DNA of 63,280 nt, the filler included, from Collodictyon triciliatum (Eukaryota), in NCBI GenBank assembly GCA_043381765.1. It is 43 parts of 43 records of this genome, joined end to end, with 100 filler letters (N's around TTAATTAATTAA, not from the genome) between each part and the next. Parts side by side here need not be neighbours in the genome. Positions count along the whole stretch, not along the records: positions 51,639 to 53,007 come from JBHJMP010011276.1; positions 53,108 to 54,475 come from JBHJMP010011277.1; positions 54,576 to 55,943 come from JBHJMP010011278.1; positions 56,044 to 57,410 come from JBHJMP010011279.1; positions 57,511 to 58,878 come from JBHJMP010011280.1; positions 58,979 to 60,346 come from JBHJMP010011281.1; positions 60,447 to 61,814 come from JBHJMP010011282.1; positions 61,915 to 63,280 come from JBHJMP010011283.1; 35 more parts are not named here. One strand, 5' to 3'. A program made the position numbers and the translations under genes. Below are positions 51,697 through 63,280 of this stretch, in pieces. The notes beneath the pieces were generated by a model that ran no database searches, was not told the DNA's origin, and saw nothing but the letters and a program-made list of their open reading frames with translations. Every line of letters starts with the position of its first letter. Positions within the stretch are counted from its first letter, which is position 1.

Positions 51697-52897
51697 CTTT
51701 TCTTTTTTTAAAAAGTCCATTAATTTCTCATAGTCTCCTGCAATTCTTAGATTGTGACATATTTCGGCGATTATGCCGCCATCTCCCTCATTCGGACCAT
51801 ATACATCCAATAACCAGACTCCATATTCAAGTGCCTCACTCGACGTATACGCCTCTTCGTTGAAGTATCTCTCTTTGACGGAATATTCGAGAAGTTGATG
51901 AGAAAAAGCATACCTATAAAGACGATTATTAGATTTCGAAATACAAAATAGAACAAAATATGATTTACGCAGTTCAATAAACCTTCCATTTCTCACAAAT
52001 AGTGAATCCATCAGAACAAAAAAGAAGGATTTCCTAATGGGATTAAGAAAATATTAGCCTTTATGAATAGGTCCTATTAGCTTTTCATTTAAATATTGAA
52101 TTACCATGCTTGGATATTCATTTTAACACCGATTTTGTGCAGTCGGTACTCCATATATTTATCCAATTCGTTTTCATCAAGACCGATACGGGACAGGTAA
52201 AGAACACTGATAGAAAAACGGACGATGTCCTTTCCTGTGTTTAATTTCATAGGTTAATTGAATAAAAAAAATAAGGTGTTGTGATTTATAATCTAAATAA
52301 AATTAAAGAAACCATGTTTATTTTCCCAGCGACCCATGACGAGATTAAACAAATTCACGACACCCTTTGTTTCCAAAATTTCATGAAGCTCCAGGTCTAA
52401 TCTTTCATAAATCCCAAACACTCGCAGTTCATCCAATACGATACGCAAGTATAGTGGATGGCCTTACATAAGATAATTAGTCATAGGTTAAAAATATGAA
52501 GATATATTTGTCTAAGATGTTATATTTTTTCACCTGTGTCTTCATGACAACTCAAAATCATTTTCATCTGCTTTTCGTTCAAGGCCTTGTTGAAACGCCG
52601 AAAAAAAGATGTTGCAGCTTGTCTAATGCCGACTTCATTGAGCTTAGAGAGAGAAATAACATCGATCCCTAATGACTTGGCAACCTATCAAACAGACTAT
52701 AAGTAATGTATATTTTGTTAAGGTAAAAGATATAAAGTAAACTTTGCATGATTCGTGGGTGTCAATGGTTGAAACGATGACAGATATGTTTTTTGAGGTT
52801 TTTTTGGGAAGCCATTCAAGCCGGTGAACATGTTTATATTCTTGAGAATCGACCAACTGGTTTATTGCATCGATGACTAAAATAGCTTTCTTTTCCC
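51697..52897 (-). CDS. STAND NTPase (NPHP3/TEP1/NWD-like), paralog B
   Basis: LVIDAINQL, RLEWLPKKT, GHPLYLRIVLDELRVFG, SRIGLDENEL, FSHQLL; same intron positions as paralog A. Confidence 0.9.
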
Positions 52898-52910
52898 TAC
52901 CACAAAAAAG

Positions 52911-53007
<97 letters not shown>

Positions 53008-53107
53008 NNNNNNNNNNNNNNNNNNNNNNNNNNNNNNNNNNNNNNNNNNNNTTAATTAATTAANNNNNNNNNNNNNNNNNNNNNNNNNNNNNNNNNNNNN
53101 NNNNNNN

Positions 53108-53208
<101 letters not shown>

Positions 53209-54575
53209 ACTATCTGCATTTTATAAATAAAAAAGAATCACATCAAAGGCGTAGTGATTGTCATTCATGAAAGGAAACCATGCGCAGTTTTTTGTTATAG
53301 AAAAGGTCCATACATTGATTTTGTTTAACTTTTTTGAATATATAAAGTCGTCTTTTAACAAGGGTAAAAATGATTGAATGAGAAACAATTGGAGCCAAAG
53401 CATGATAGAAGGCGATAAAAGAAGGTCATCAGATCAAGGCAACAATCAGGAAACAAGACCGACTGACCAGAAGCAATCCAAGAAAGCGTAATGAGGTTGA
53501 AGACAGCGTAATGGAACAAACAAGGCTGAGTGCACAATACATATTGTTGTACATAAAAAGGGAAAACACAATAGTGCAATAAAATATGCATAACATGAAG
53601 ACATAAGCACACGAAATTAAAGAAAGCAGAAATTTGATGATAAACAAAATTGTGCTTTATGTGCAATTGTTAACGTATACAATTTACACGAATAATAGTG
53701 TAGGTCTCTTTCTCTGGGGATACGTTCCACTTTACAGCTCATATTACTACAAGATTATCATGTAGGAAAGCGGTGCTTGCTCTGATTGAATAAAAACATA
53801 TCCTGTTACTATTGTAAGCAAAAAATTAAGACAAAATAAATAAAAGTAGCAAAGGGATAGAGGACAACCTTGTTATGTACCGTTCAAATGAAATACCAAG
53901 ACCAATACATAACCAAATAATATTCTTTAAGCATCAAGGGCGTGTGCAACAAAACCAATTTGTTATCTATGCATTACCAAAATAGTATTCATAGATCAAT
54001 AAGATATTTCAAATGATTTATTATTCTGGAGAGACTTAAGCATAGTACTTTAGTTTTTTGGAAAAGGCTTATGAGGAAACAAATTTGTGGGATATCAAAG
54101 ACAATGAGGAAAGAAAACTTTGCTTTTGTGAGTGTAGGTATTGTGATTCGTATTAAAGAAAAAAAAAAGAGTCGAAAATAAAAAGAACGACTGTGACGTA
54201 GAGAAAAGAAAGTAATCTTCTAAGAGACAGAGAAATACATAAACGGGAATGCAAATAATTTTCAAATAAATGAACGGGTTTACCTCTTCATGAAACATAT
54301 CACTAAATATTTAACTATTGTATATAATTCTAATCTGAAGACCCAAATATCCACAATTCTCGATGGCCACAGTATATTCCAAGCTGTTTCGATATAAAAT
54401 CATCAGTCCGAATCCCTACAAACCGGAGAAGATGAGTCGTTGGGCCGAAACTATAGGCATTATAGACCCGCCGATNNNNNNNNNNNNNNNNNNNNNNNNN
54501 NNNNNNNNNNNNNNNNNNNTTAATTAATTAANNNNNNNNNNNNNNNNNNNNNNNNNNNNNNNNNNNNNNNNNNNN

Positions 54576-54667
<92 letters not shown>

Positions 54668-54951
54668 TCGATTTACCAAATTATAAAACATGTAGCTATT
54701 TAAAAAAAAAGTCATTAAACCCCAACAATCTTTTCTCGGTTAGTTCTAGAGCCCTTTGAAAATATTGATGATTTATTGCCACAGTGCATCCTTCAAGAGC
54801 TATCTCCAGCAGAGGCACATTTTTTTCATAAATCATATCAAGCTTTACCATTACATTCAAGAGATACAATAGTACATTCACACATTTTTAAAATCAACAA
54901 GCTGATAAAGGCCAGTCCGCATGCTCTTCATCTTTATTTGTTTTATACTAG

Positions 54952-55487
54952 AAATCCTTCTTCCACTTGATATCTATGGAACTGGAAAAAGTGAACGGCT
55001 TTTACTTGGAAAGCATTGAAAGGTTATTGCACAAATATCATGCCTTGGAGAGACAAGTCCAGGAAAGTGTATGTTACAGCCATACTCTTGAATGCCTGAC
55101 TTCTTTTGTTCAGGAATATTATTATTCGTTCCTAATGGAAACATCCAATATGTTGAATTTCCTCTAATTTCGTTCCAAATCAAGTTGACACCGTCCAACG
55201 CCATCATAATGTCCCTTAAGGAAAGAAGGGAGCTACATTCTGTAATAAAATCAACTTTTTTCAATATGTACCGAGAGCTCTCTATGCTCAGGTAAGTATA
55301 TAAAAGAAATCTTTAAATCTATCATCTTTTATATAATTTCAGTCATATTTTTCTTTCAGTCGCCCTATATTGAAATGTTGATTAAGCAACAATTTTTTTT
55401 TCATTTTAAACATAATCACGCAGCAATTATTGTGTGTTGAACAGCGAAGGATTTAGAAAGATAGTCAAAAAGTTTGATAAAGCCATG
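54952..55487 (+). CDS. SPX-domain protein fragment
   Basis: FFHLISMELEKVNGFY and YRELSML-NYCVLNSEGFRKIVKKFDK (SPX lysine cluster). Confidence 0.9.
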
Positions 55488-56043
55488 TAACTATTTTCTT
55501 TTTTTTGGTTTCTTAGTAGCTATTTGATTTATATTAAATACATTATGTCATACTGAACAAATAATAATGTGATACCAACAAAGACAAAAAGAAACGTCTT
55601 CTGAATTCCAAGCATGTTTGAATGCTCAACCTCACCATCAAAAGATTGCATTAAACTCCTTAATCAAAGACGTAGAGGTAATACTCAATCGTGGGCTCTT
55701 ATATATAAAACGGGTTGCCTCCTTTGTTACATCCAAATCTTAATGATGAACCAAAATTTTGCCTGTGACTTTTTGACAGATATTCTATGCATCAATATTT
55801 ACCAACAAAAATGCCAAAAAAGCGGCTTCTGAACTTCGCTTTAAGCATCAAGAGCAGGAGAATGATGAGCATGTACCTCTACAATATTTATAAACATTTT
55901 TTTTTACTTTTTTTTTTTTTTTTTACTATTTACTATTTTACTTNNNNNNNNNNNNNNNNNNNNNNNNNNNNNNNNNNNNNNNNNNNNTTAATTAATTAAN
56001 NNNNNNNNNNNNNNNNNNNNNNNNNNNNNNNNNNNNNNNNNNN

Positions 56044-57410
56044 TCTCGGTCGATCTTTTGTGGCTGACGTACCACGATCAAAAAGTGCGATTGAGAACGA
56101 ACTCTTTAAACACGAAGACTGCTTTGTCCGCCTTCGGGGCAAGGAATGGTCTGTTCTCTCTTTCGCAAACCGTAGTAATATGCGCAAGCAACTGCGTGCT
56201 GTAATGGAAGCCCGAAAGTGCTACGAGAAGGACGTGACTCTTATGGTTGACAACCCTGCCCTCGGACTCAGAACCGCTCTCCCAAGAAAAGAAAACGCGG
56301 CTGCCTTCATTAAAGAGGGGTCTTTCCATCTCCTCAATCACCAATTTACCCCCATGCCGGCAAAAACTGTCACAAAGGTTGCGCGCCTGTCTAACAAATC
56401 GCTGGAGTTGACTAGACTGATATTTTTAAAGCCTGTAGTGAATACTTCAGCCCAATCAAAGTCAACTGGACAAAGCCTGGAGGAATATGCATGAATGATG
56501 ATTCGTTATTTTTATACAAAAAACAGAAGAATTGGGGAAAATATCTACCTTTGTCTTCATTCATGATAGACGCTGTCACGTGGAGATACGCGCCCTCAAA
56601 GAGTCTGACATCCCACAATCTCCCCAACAAAGAAAGGAATGACACACAAGGTCAAGCCACCCAAAAAAACAACTACTTCCAAGTCTGTCACTACCAATTA
56701 AGTGGCCACCAAGAAACAAAACGGCACCACACACCTTGGGCTCCAACACAAAAGTAACCGACTATAGCGCTAAAGACTGGCCAAATGTGCAGGAATCATC
56801 TGTGCAAAACAAGCCCAGAGCCCAACAACGAGGCCAAAGGTAAGGCACGTCGTCTTCTAACATCAGAGGGAAAATAGTGACAAGACACCCGCGGAAAAAG
56901 TGCTCAAAGTCTCATTCAATACAAAGGTTTATAAATGGCCCCAAAATCAGAGAAATGGATATTGAAAAAAATGGACGATTCATCAGTCGTTTGAAATATG
57001 GAAACGTCCACAAATGTATTCCTGTGACGATAATCAACAGAGACACGCAGGTGTAGCGATTCTATGCAAGAAATGGATAGCCAACTTCAATCCTCGCTTT
57101 AGAGAGATTATTCTTGGCCGCTGCATAAGTCTCGATATCATAATCAATGGAGCTGACACTCGTATAATGACGACATACATGTCGCTCCAAACAGCAGGTT
57201 CAAATACAAGAATACACGAGTATGAGCTTTCTCTAAGGAGATGGAGTCTGCGAAACATTCATCATTTGTGGAGACTTGAATGCTCTTATTGATACTAGCA
57301 CCAAGTGGTCTGGGTTCTCGACACGCGATGGCAAACCTTTCGTCGGCTGGGCAATCAGGCACAAGCTGCAAGACCCTGGAAGACGCTCAATCCTCACTCT
57401 CTAGGAGCAA
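56044..57410 (+). mobile_element. Second, more decayed copy of the L1/Tx1-like family (ORF1 plus APE)
   Basis: 56990-57410 is clearly alignable to the reverse complement of ~21350-21770 (QQRHAGVA, NPRFREII, TYMSLQTAGSNTRI). Confidence 0.93.
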
Positions 57411-57769
57411 NNNNNNNNNNNNNNNNNNNNNNNNNNNNNNNNNNNNNNNNNNNNTTAATTAATTAANNNNNNNNNNNNNNNNNNNNNNNNNNNNNNNNNN
57501 NNNNNNNNNNAAAAAGAAGAAAAAGAAGAAAAAGAAGAAAAAGAAGAAAAAGAAGAAAAAGAAGAAAAAGAAGAAAAAGAAGAAAAAGAAGAAAAAGAAG
57601 AAAAAGAAGAAAAAGAAAAAGAAGAAAAAGAAGAAAAAGAAGAAAAAGAAGAAAAAGAAGAAAAAGAAGAAAAAGAAGAAAAAGAAGAAAAAGAAGAAAA
57701 AGAAGAAAAAGAAAAAGAAAACAATTCTGTCTTCTACATATATTATCTTTCATCTCTCAATCATTCAAT

Positions 57770-58515
57770 TATCCACGTTCATGATGGGTACCCAAATTGT
57801 GTCTCGAGTAAATATTGAATATCTCCATAATCACACGATAAAGTCGGTTGCACTTTTCGGGTTCCAGATAAGAAATCTAGAATTGGCGATGCAAGAGTTC
57901 CATATATTAATAAATCGCGCATATTTTTCACACTAGATTATCTAGTTTTCTTGTATAATTAAAAATCGTTCAACCAATTGGTAATAAAGCGACATGGATG
58001 GAAAGATAAAACCTGGGCATCAACAAGGTCAGCCAGGACTTTCATAACAGCCAGAACAATTTCGTCGTTAGAGTTGTATGTTTGCATGAGCAAGATGATG
58101 ACCTTTTTGTTATCAAAGCTTCAGCATTCGTTTCAATGGTAAGATTCATACCACGTTTATCTGATCAGGAATGAATGTATAAGGATAAACTATATGAATA
58201 ATGTATTTTGGCGCTCACATCAAAATATTTCTCGATAGCCCCATATATCACCGCTGTGTTGCTTGGTGTTGATGCAAGTGCAAGACCGCGAATAGACTTT
58301 ATATTGCGAATCAGAAACGGTGTTAACTTCAAATATGGATATCATTTACATGAGTTGCCTTTGATGGTTAGTTTATGTTTATTTTTATTTTCAAAGATGC
58401 GATTACATGTATGAACGATATGACATCTTCCACAACATTGGCATTCTGCGCCAGTGATGCAAAATTTGGATCTCGCATGTGATTCGCTACAGGAGCCTTT
58501 CCGATTTGTACATGG
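57770..58515 (-). CDS. Multi-exon helical (ARM-like) protein fragment
   Basis: Exon VIILLMQTYNSNDEIVLAVMKVLADLVDAQ with GT-AG ends. Confidence 0.45.
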
Positions 58516-59118
58516 TTAGTAACTGACAAAAAATTAATAAAAATAGATTATTTCCTCATTTTTTGATTCTGTTCTAGAGAATGAAAATAGAGCCAGATGG
58601 AGTGACATATGCAATAGATTAAAAAAACCTCTAAAATAGCACAGCACTTCGAAATGGCAGAGCGAGAATCGACGTCAGAGTTAAAAGAGGTAAAGATTCG
58701 AAACATTCCCTTGCAAAATAACCTTTTGTTTTTATCACACGTTTCAGTAAAAACATGCACAAAGACACACATCACGCCACATACATACATACATACATAC
58801 ATACATACATACATACATACATACATACATACATACATACATACATACATACATACATACATACATACATACATACATNNNNNNNNNNNNNNNNNNNNNN
58901 NNNNNNNNNNNNNNNNNNNNNNTTAATTAATTAANNNNNNNNNNNNNNNNNNNNNNNNNNNNNNNNNNNNNNNNNNNNTAATGACAATAATAATAATGAC
59001 AATAATAATAATGACAATAATAATAATGACAATAATAATAATGACAATAATAATAATGACAATAATAATAATGACAATAATAATGACAATAGTAATGATA
59101 ATAATAATAATAATAAAC

Positions 59119-60253
59119 CTGGACATATAGAAACCATATTGATTTGAGAACTCGGAGGAGAATATCAGGAGTTAGCATGCGATGAAGGATGGATAGAATT
59201 TTAATCAGGCCTTCGTACTCCCCCAAAGTGTTTTCTATTAGTCAAAGTGATTTTAAATACATGCATACAGTGTTATTTGCATACCTGAAAAACGGATTGA
59301 TTCACAAATATGGGAGGGTTTAGGTTTCAAAAATGAATCTACATATAGGTATTCCTAAATCCATGAAATATATGAATTTATAAAAATATAAAAATATAAA
59401 AATATAAAAATATAAAAATATAAAAATAAATCAAATAATCAGGGAGGTACCTTGGTGACCCGCATTACTTCGTTCAATAAAGTTGTCAGATTCTTTGCTA
59501 GTCTTTTCTTGTGTTTTCTTACTGTTTCTAAAGGAAAATCCCGAAGATGGTGTGCTTTCGATTTTAACAGATTTAATTTCTGCTTTGGTGATTTTGGCGA
59601 TATTTGTAATCCTTCCAGAAAACTATTGCATTCCGTTTTCGATGAGCCAATAAATACATAATCCCCCGTCAAAAATCATGCGCAAGTTGAAGGGAGAGAT
59701 AGAAAGAGAATGGAACAGATAAACAAGAAACATACTAAATACACCAAAAAAAAAAAAAAAGAAAGTTAAGGGAAACGATTTTACAGAAACCTTCCATTCA
59801 ACAAAAACCGTCACAGAGTCTTCTATTATTTGGCGAAGAAAAGCAAAGGTGGATTGCACGTCTTCGTCAATGGCAGTTGCTAATGATTCAACCTCTTCAA
59901 CAGCCACGTGAGCCTCTAATGTAATTGCGAGGCATAATTCAGAGCGAATATGCAAAGAAAATTTAAATTTAACCTTGATAAAACCTACCATTCATAGATT
60001 AATATTATCACCATTATTGTCGCAGTAGAAAAAAATACAGTGTTCTCTCGAATATATGTACCAAAAATAAATAAATAAAATTCAATTATCAATAAAATAG
60101 CATACCATCTAAATTTCCTTTCGTATAAAACCTTTGTTCTCCAAGAGTTACAGCCAGAAATTCATCCAATTTTTGTCTGCATTCGCTTAAGTTGTTCATT
60201 TGGATAATAACTTTCTAATCACATATTCGTAAGTCAAAATTTGGTCCATGCTC
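59119..60253 (-). CDS. Multi-exon hypothetical helical protein fragment
   Basis: Exons MDQILTYEYVIRKLL..., AHVAVEEVESLATAIDEDVQ..., FLEGLQISPK..., LGEYEGLIKILSILHRML. Confidence 0.55.
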
Positions 60254-60285
60254 TGAAATGACAATGGTAAAAAAAAAAAAAGAAA

Positions 60286-60317
<32 letters not shown>

Positions 60318-61539
60318 GAAAAAGAAAAAGAAAAAGAAAAAGAAAANNNNNNNNNNNNNNNNNNNNNNNNNNNNNNNNNNNNNNNNNNNNTTAATTAATT
60401 AANNNNNNNNNNNNNNNNNNNNNNNNNNNNNNNNNNNNNNNNNNNNTTGCCGCTGAATGATACACCACCCCTCCCCCTTGACCGAACTGCAATCTTTTGT
60501 CCACAGCTTCACACCCATACCCCTCACCTTACTAGACCTTGTTCGTTTCTCCAAGTGAAATGATTTGTAGGTTTACCGCTCAATAAAGAAACCTATTTGA
60601 TAATTAATCGCTGTTAATTCATCTAAATTAGTTTAATTTTCTCTCTTGGTTATTTAGATGTCGATATATCAAATCCAACAAACCCACCCCTCCCCCTTCC
60701 AATTCCAAATCAATCAGAGGTAATGAAAAGGTTTTTGTTATATGTATTTTTATGTTCCCCCGACTAACCGAGGATATGGTAGACGGTTCACGCCCTTTTT
60801 TTGTTTTACGATTACCATCGTTCAAATATATTAAAAAAATCCTTTTTATGCATATAAATTATATTTTCGTATATTTGTTTTGGTTTATATAATGATTTAT
60901 TTATTTATTCAATACATACAGTATGGCTTCTATGATTGTTTCATATCAATGATTCTATCATTTTAATGAGTCCTTGATATTGTTCGGTTTATTCCTATTC
61001 GGTCAAAATATGGCCGAGTACAAGTATTAATGCATACACAATTTTATTGATAATCTATATTAATCTTTTTTCTATCAAATATTCAAATATTAGGATTCCA
61101 TTTGTCTGCATTGATAGAAATTTAAACCAATTGAATAGCTAAAATTTCAGTTCTATAATATCTCTTGAAATGATTGTGCTTGTAAATTGAATGCTATCAA
61201 TACCTTTTTTATTTTTGTATAATGAGCTTTAGCTTTTTATAAACACTGATTTTATCTTGGGTTCCAAAAAAACTTAAAAAATCTCATGGTTTAGAGTTCA
61301 ATGAAATATAAGATTGACATAAAACATATCGCTTTTAATAGCCAAAAGAATATAGTCAGATTTTTGATCGATATAACTTATGAGAGCTTTGGTTTTGATT
61401 TAATGAATAATATGAATATGGGAACTGACATACGATTGGATTTAAGATAGTTGGTTGATTAGAATCCACAATTGAGAGCCTTTTTATAGAGAATGAAATA
61501 ATCACGATGAAACAGATACATGCAAATCTATAATGAAAC

Positions 61540-61814
61540 TTATTGCTAATCATTGAACCTCTTAGAGATGATACCCAGCTCTCACAAAACATCATATTTT
61601 GGTGTTTCAATCAGTTGTTTATGTAAGTTTACCGAATATTAGGATGTGATTCATCGCTTGGCCTTGTCCATACACATATGGGCGTACTTCATGAGTAAGC
61701 ATAGTTCTAAAACAATTAGTAATCCAGCTAACTGAAGGAAGATTTCATATGCTCAATTTTAGACTTTTAAATCCAGAACAAATTTTATCGGAACCCATGT
61801 TCCACGGTGATATC
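61540..61814 (-). pseudogene. Possible highly decayed non-LTR RT thumb/C-terminal remnant
   Basis: Fragments EVRPYVYG and IETPKYDVL*ELGI resemble V.P.L.YG and TP..V..ELG motifs; many stops. Confidence 0.3.
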
Positions 61815-61914
61815 NNNNNNNNNNNNNNNNNNNNNNNNNNNNNNNNNNNNNNNNNNNNTTAATTAATTAANNNNNNNNNNNNNNNNNNNNNNNNNNNNNN
61901 NNNNNNNNNNNNNN

Positions 61915-62327
61915 TCACTCTCTCACTCTCTCACTCTCTCACTCTCTCACTCTCTCACTCTCTCACTCTCTCACTCTCTCACTCTCTCACTCTCTCACTC
62001 TCTCACTCTCTCACTCACTCACTCTCTCACTCTCTCACTCACTCACTCACTCACTCACTCACTCACTCACTCACTCACTCACTCACTCACTCACTCACTC
62101 ACAATCTCACTCACTCACTCACCATCTCACAATCTCACTCACTCACTCACCATCTCACTCACCATCTCACTCACCATCTCACTCACAATCTCACTCACAA
62201 TCTCACTCACTCACAATCTCACTCACTCACTCACCATCTCACTCACCATCTCACTCACCATCTCACTCACCATCTCACTCACTCACTCACCATCTCACTC
62301 ACCATCTCACCATCTCACTCACTCACC
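61915..62327. repeat. (TCAC/TCTCAC/CCATCTCACT)n compound microsatellite immediately upstream of a start codon
   Basis: Direct inspection. Confidence 0.95.
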
Positions 62328-62360
62328 AACAAAGAAAGCGACAAACATATCACCTTCCGA

Positions 62361-63020
62361 ATGGCCGACCTGCTCGACTTGCTCTCAGACGCAGACAGCA
62401 ACGACGGCGAATCCATCTCACTCGGCCTGGACGAATCCGACGCATCATCAACGGGCTCTTCGCTGGACTTGGACAACCTCGATCTCGGCGACACAGACAC
62501 AGGAACCGACTCAGACACAGACATCGCACACATCCTCGGCCAGACTCACGCGCCTTTGCCAAAGACTGCCCAAAACTCGATCCAAACTGTAAAGCAAAAA
62601 GTGCCACTGAAAACGCCGCAGCTTTCTGATGCATCGTCCTTGTCATCATCCTTTGGAGACTTGGACTCGACTCTGCTGGGAACAGATTCATCCGAGGAAG
62701 AAAAAAGCGTCCAAAAGGCGCCCGCGAAAAAGTCGATCCCTGCTGCAGAACCGATGCGTCCTACACGCCCGCAGCAAAGTCTGGCGAGGACCGCCTCGAG
62801 TAATGAGGATGAAGACAGCTCTGATATATCTGTGGGGAATATGAAAGGATTGGATGATTTGTCAGATGACGACTCGTCCGATCTCGAGGCCCCATCTCCA
62901 AAAAAGCCCGCCTCGCCCGCAACAAAGCTGCCTTCATCAAGTCAGGCCCAGGTTTATGCGCAGCGTCTTCAAAATCCTGTGCAGAGTCCGTCAGAAAAGT
63001 CACCTGTAAAATCGCCTGTG
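62361..63020 (+). CDS. Asp/Ser-rich disordered protein, first exon
   Basis: ATG plus ~220 open codons ending at a GTGAGA donor. Confidence 0.75.
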
Positions 63021-63280
63021 GTGAGAATGGATTTTGTCTCTGTCCTTATTTTAATGTTGTGGATCATGTCATAGGGAAGAAAACATATACATGTTTTTCT
63101 GGACCTATATATGTGGTTTTTTCTATATATTTTTATTTGTTTAGATCTATAGATAGATGTTTGTTTTTTTGTTTGTTTTTTGTTTGTTTTTTGTTTGTTT
63201 TTTGTTTGTTTTTTGTTTGTTTTTTGTTTGTTTTTTGTTTGTTTTTTGGTTGTTTATTATTATTATTATTATTATTTTTT

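Overview
This window is not one locus. It is 43 unrelated short contigs (~1.37-1.39 kb, roughly size-sorted) joined by artificial 100-nt spacers (N44-TTAATTAATTAA-N44), so adjacency across spacers carries no meaning. The contigs come from an AT-rich, intron-dense, microsatellite-rich microbial eukaryote with GT-AG introns and the standard code in host genes; a TTC29 homolog suggests it is flagellated. Recognisable host gene fragments: Xaa-Pro aminopeptidase, pseudouridine-5'-phosphate glycosidase, purple acid phosphatase, ARMH3, RED/IK, pirin, inositol 5-phosphatase, flavin amine oxidase, and SPX, SPRY, ankyrin, TPR and FG-GAP proteins, plus three STAND/NACHT NTPases. Mobile or foreign DNA: several decayed L1/Tx1-type retrotransposon pieces and one Polinton-like-virus/virophage-type contig (A32 packaging ATPase with an in-frame TAA, followed by inverted 9-bp iteron-like arrays). 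Most notable observations: (1) ~25-nt TSD-flanked micro-retroinsertions that start at the same base, apparently the last codon plus stop of a LINE; (2) the endogenous viral contig with an origin-like structure; (3) a GC-rich ORF1-like frame interrupted only by TAA/TAG; (4) a 458-codon (Ser-Gln)n coding array missed by the ORF track. All calls are by eye and motif recognition; no searches were run, and exon boundaries are approximate.
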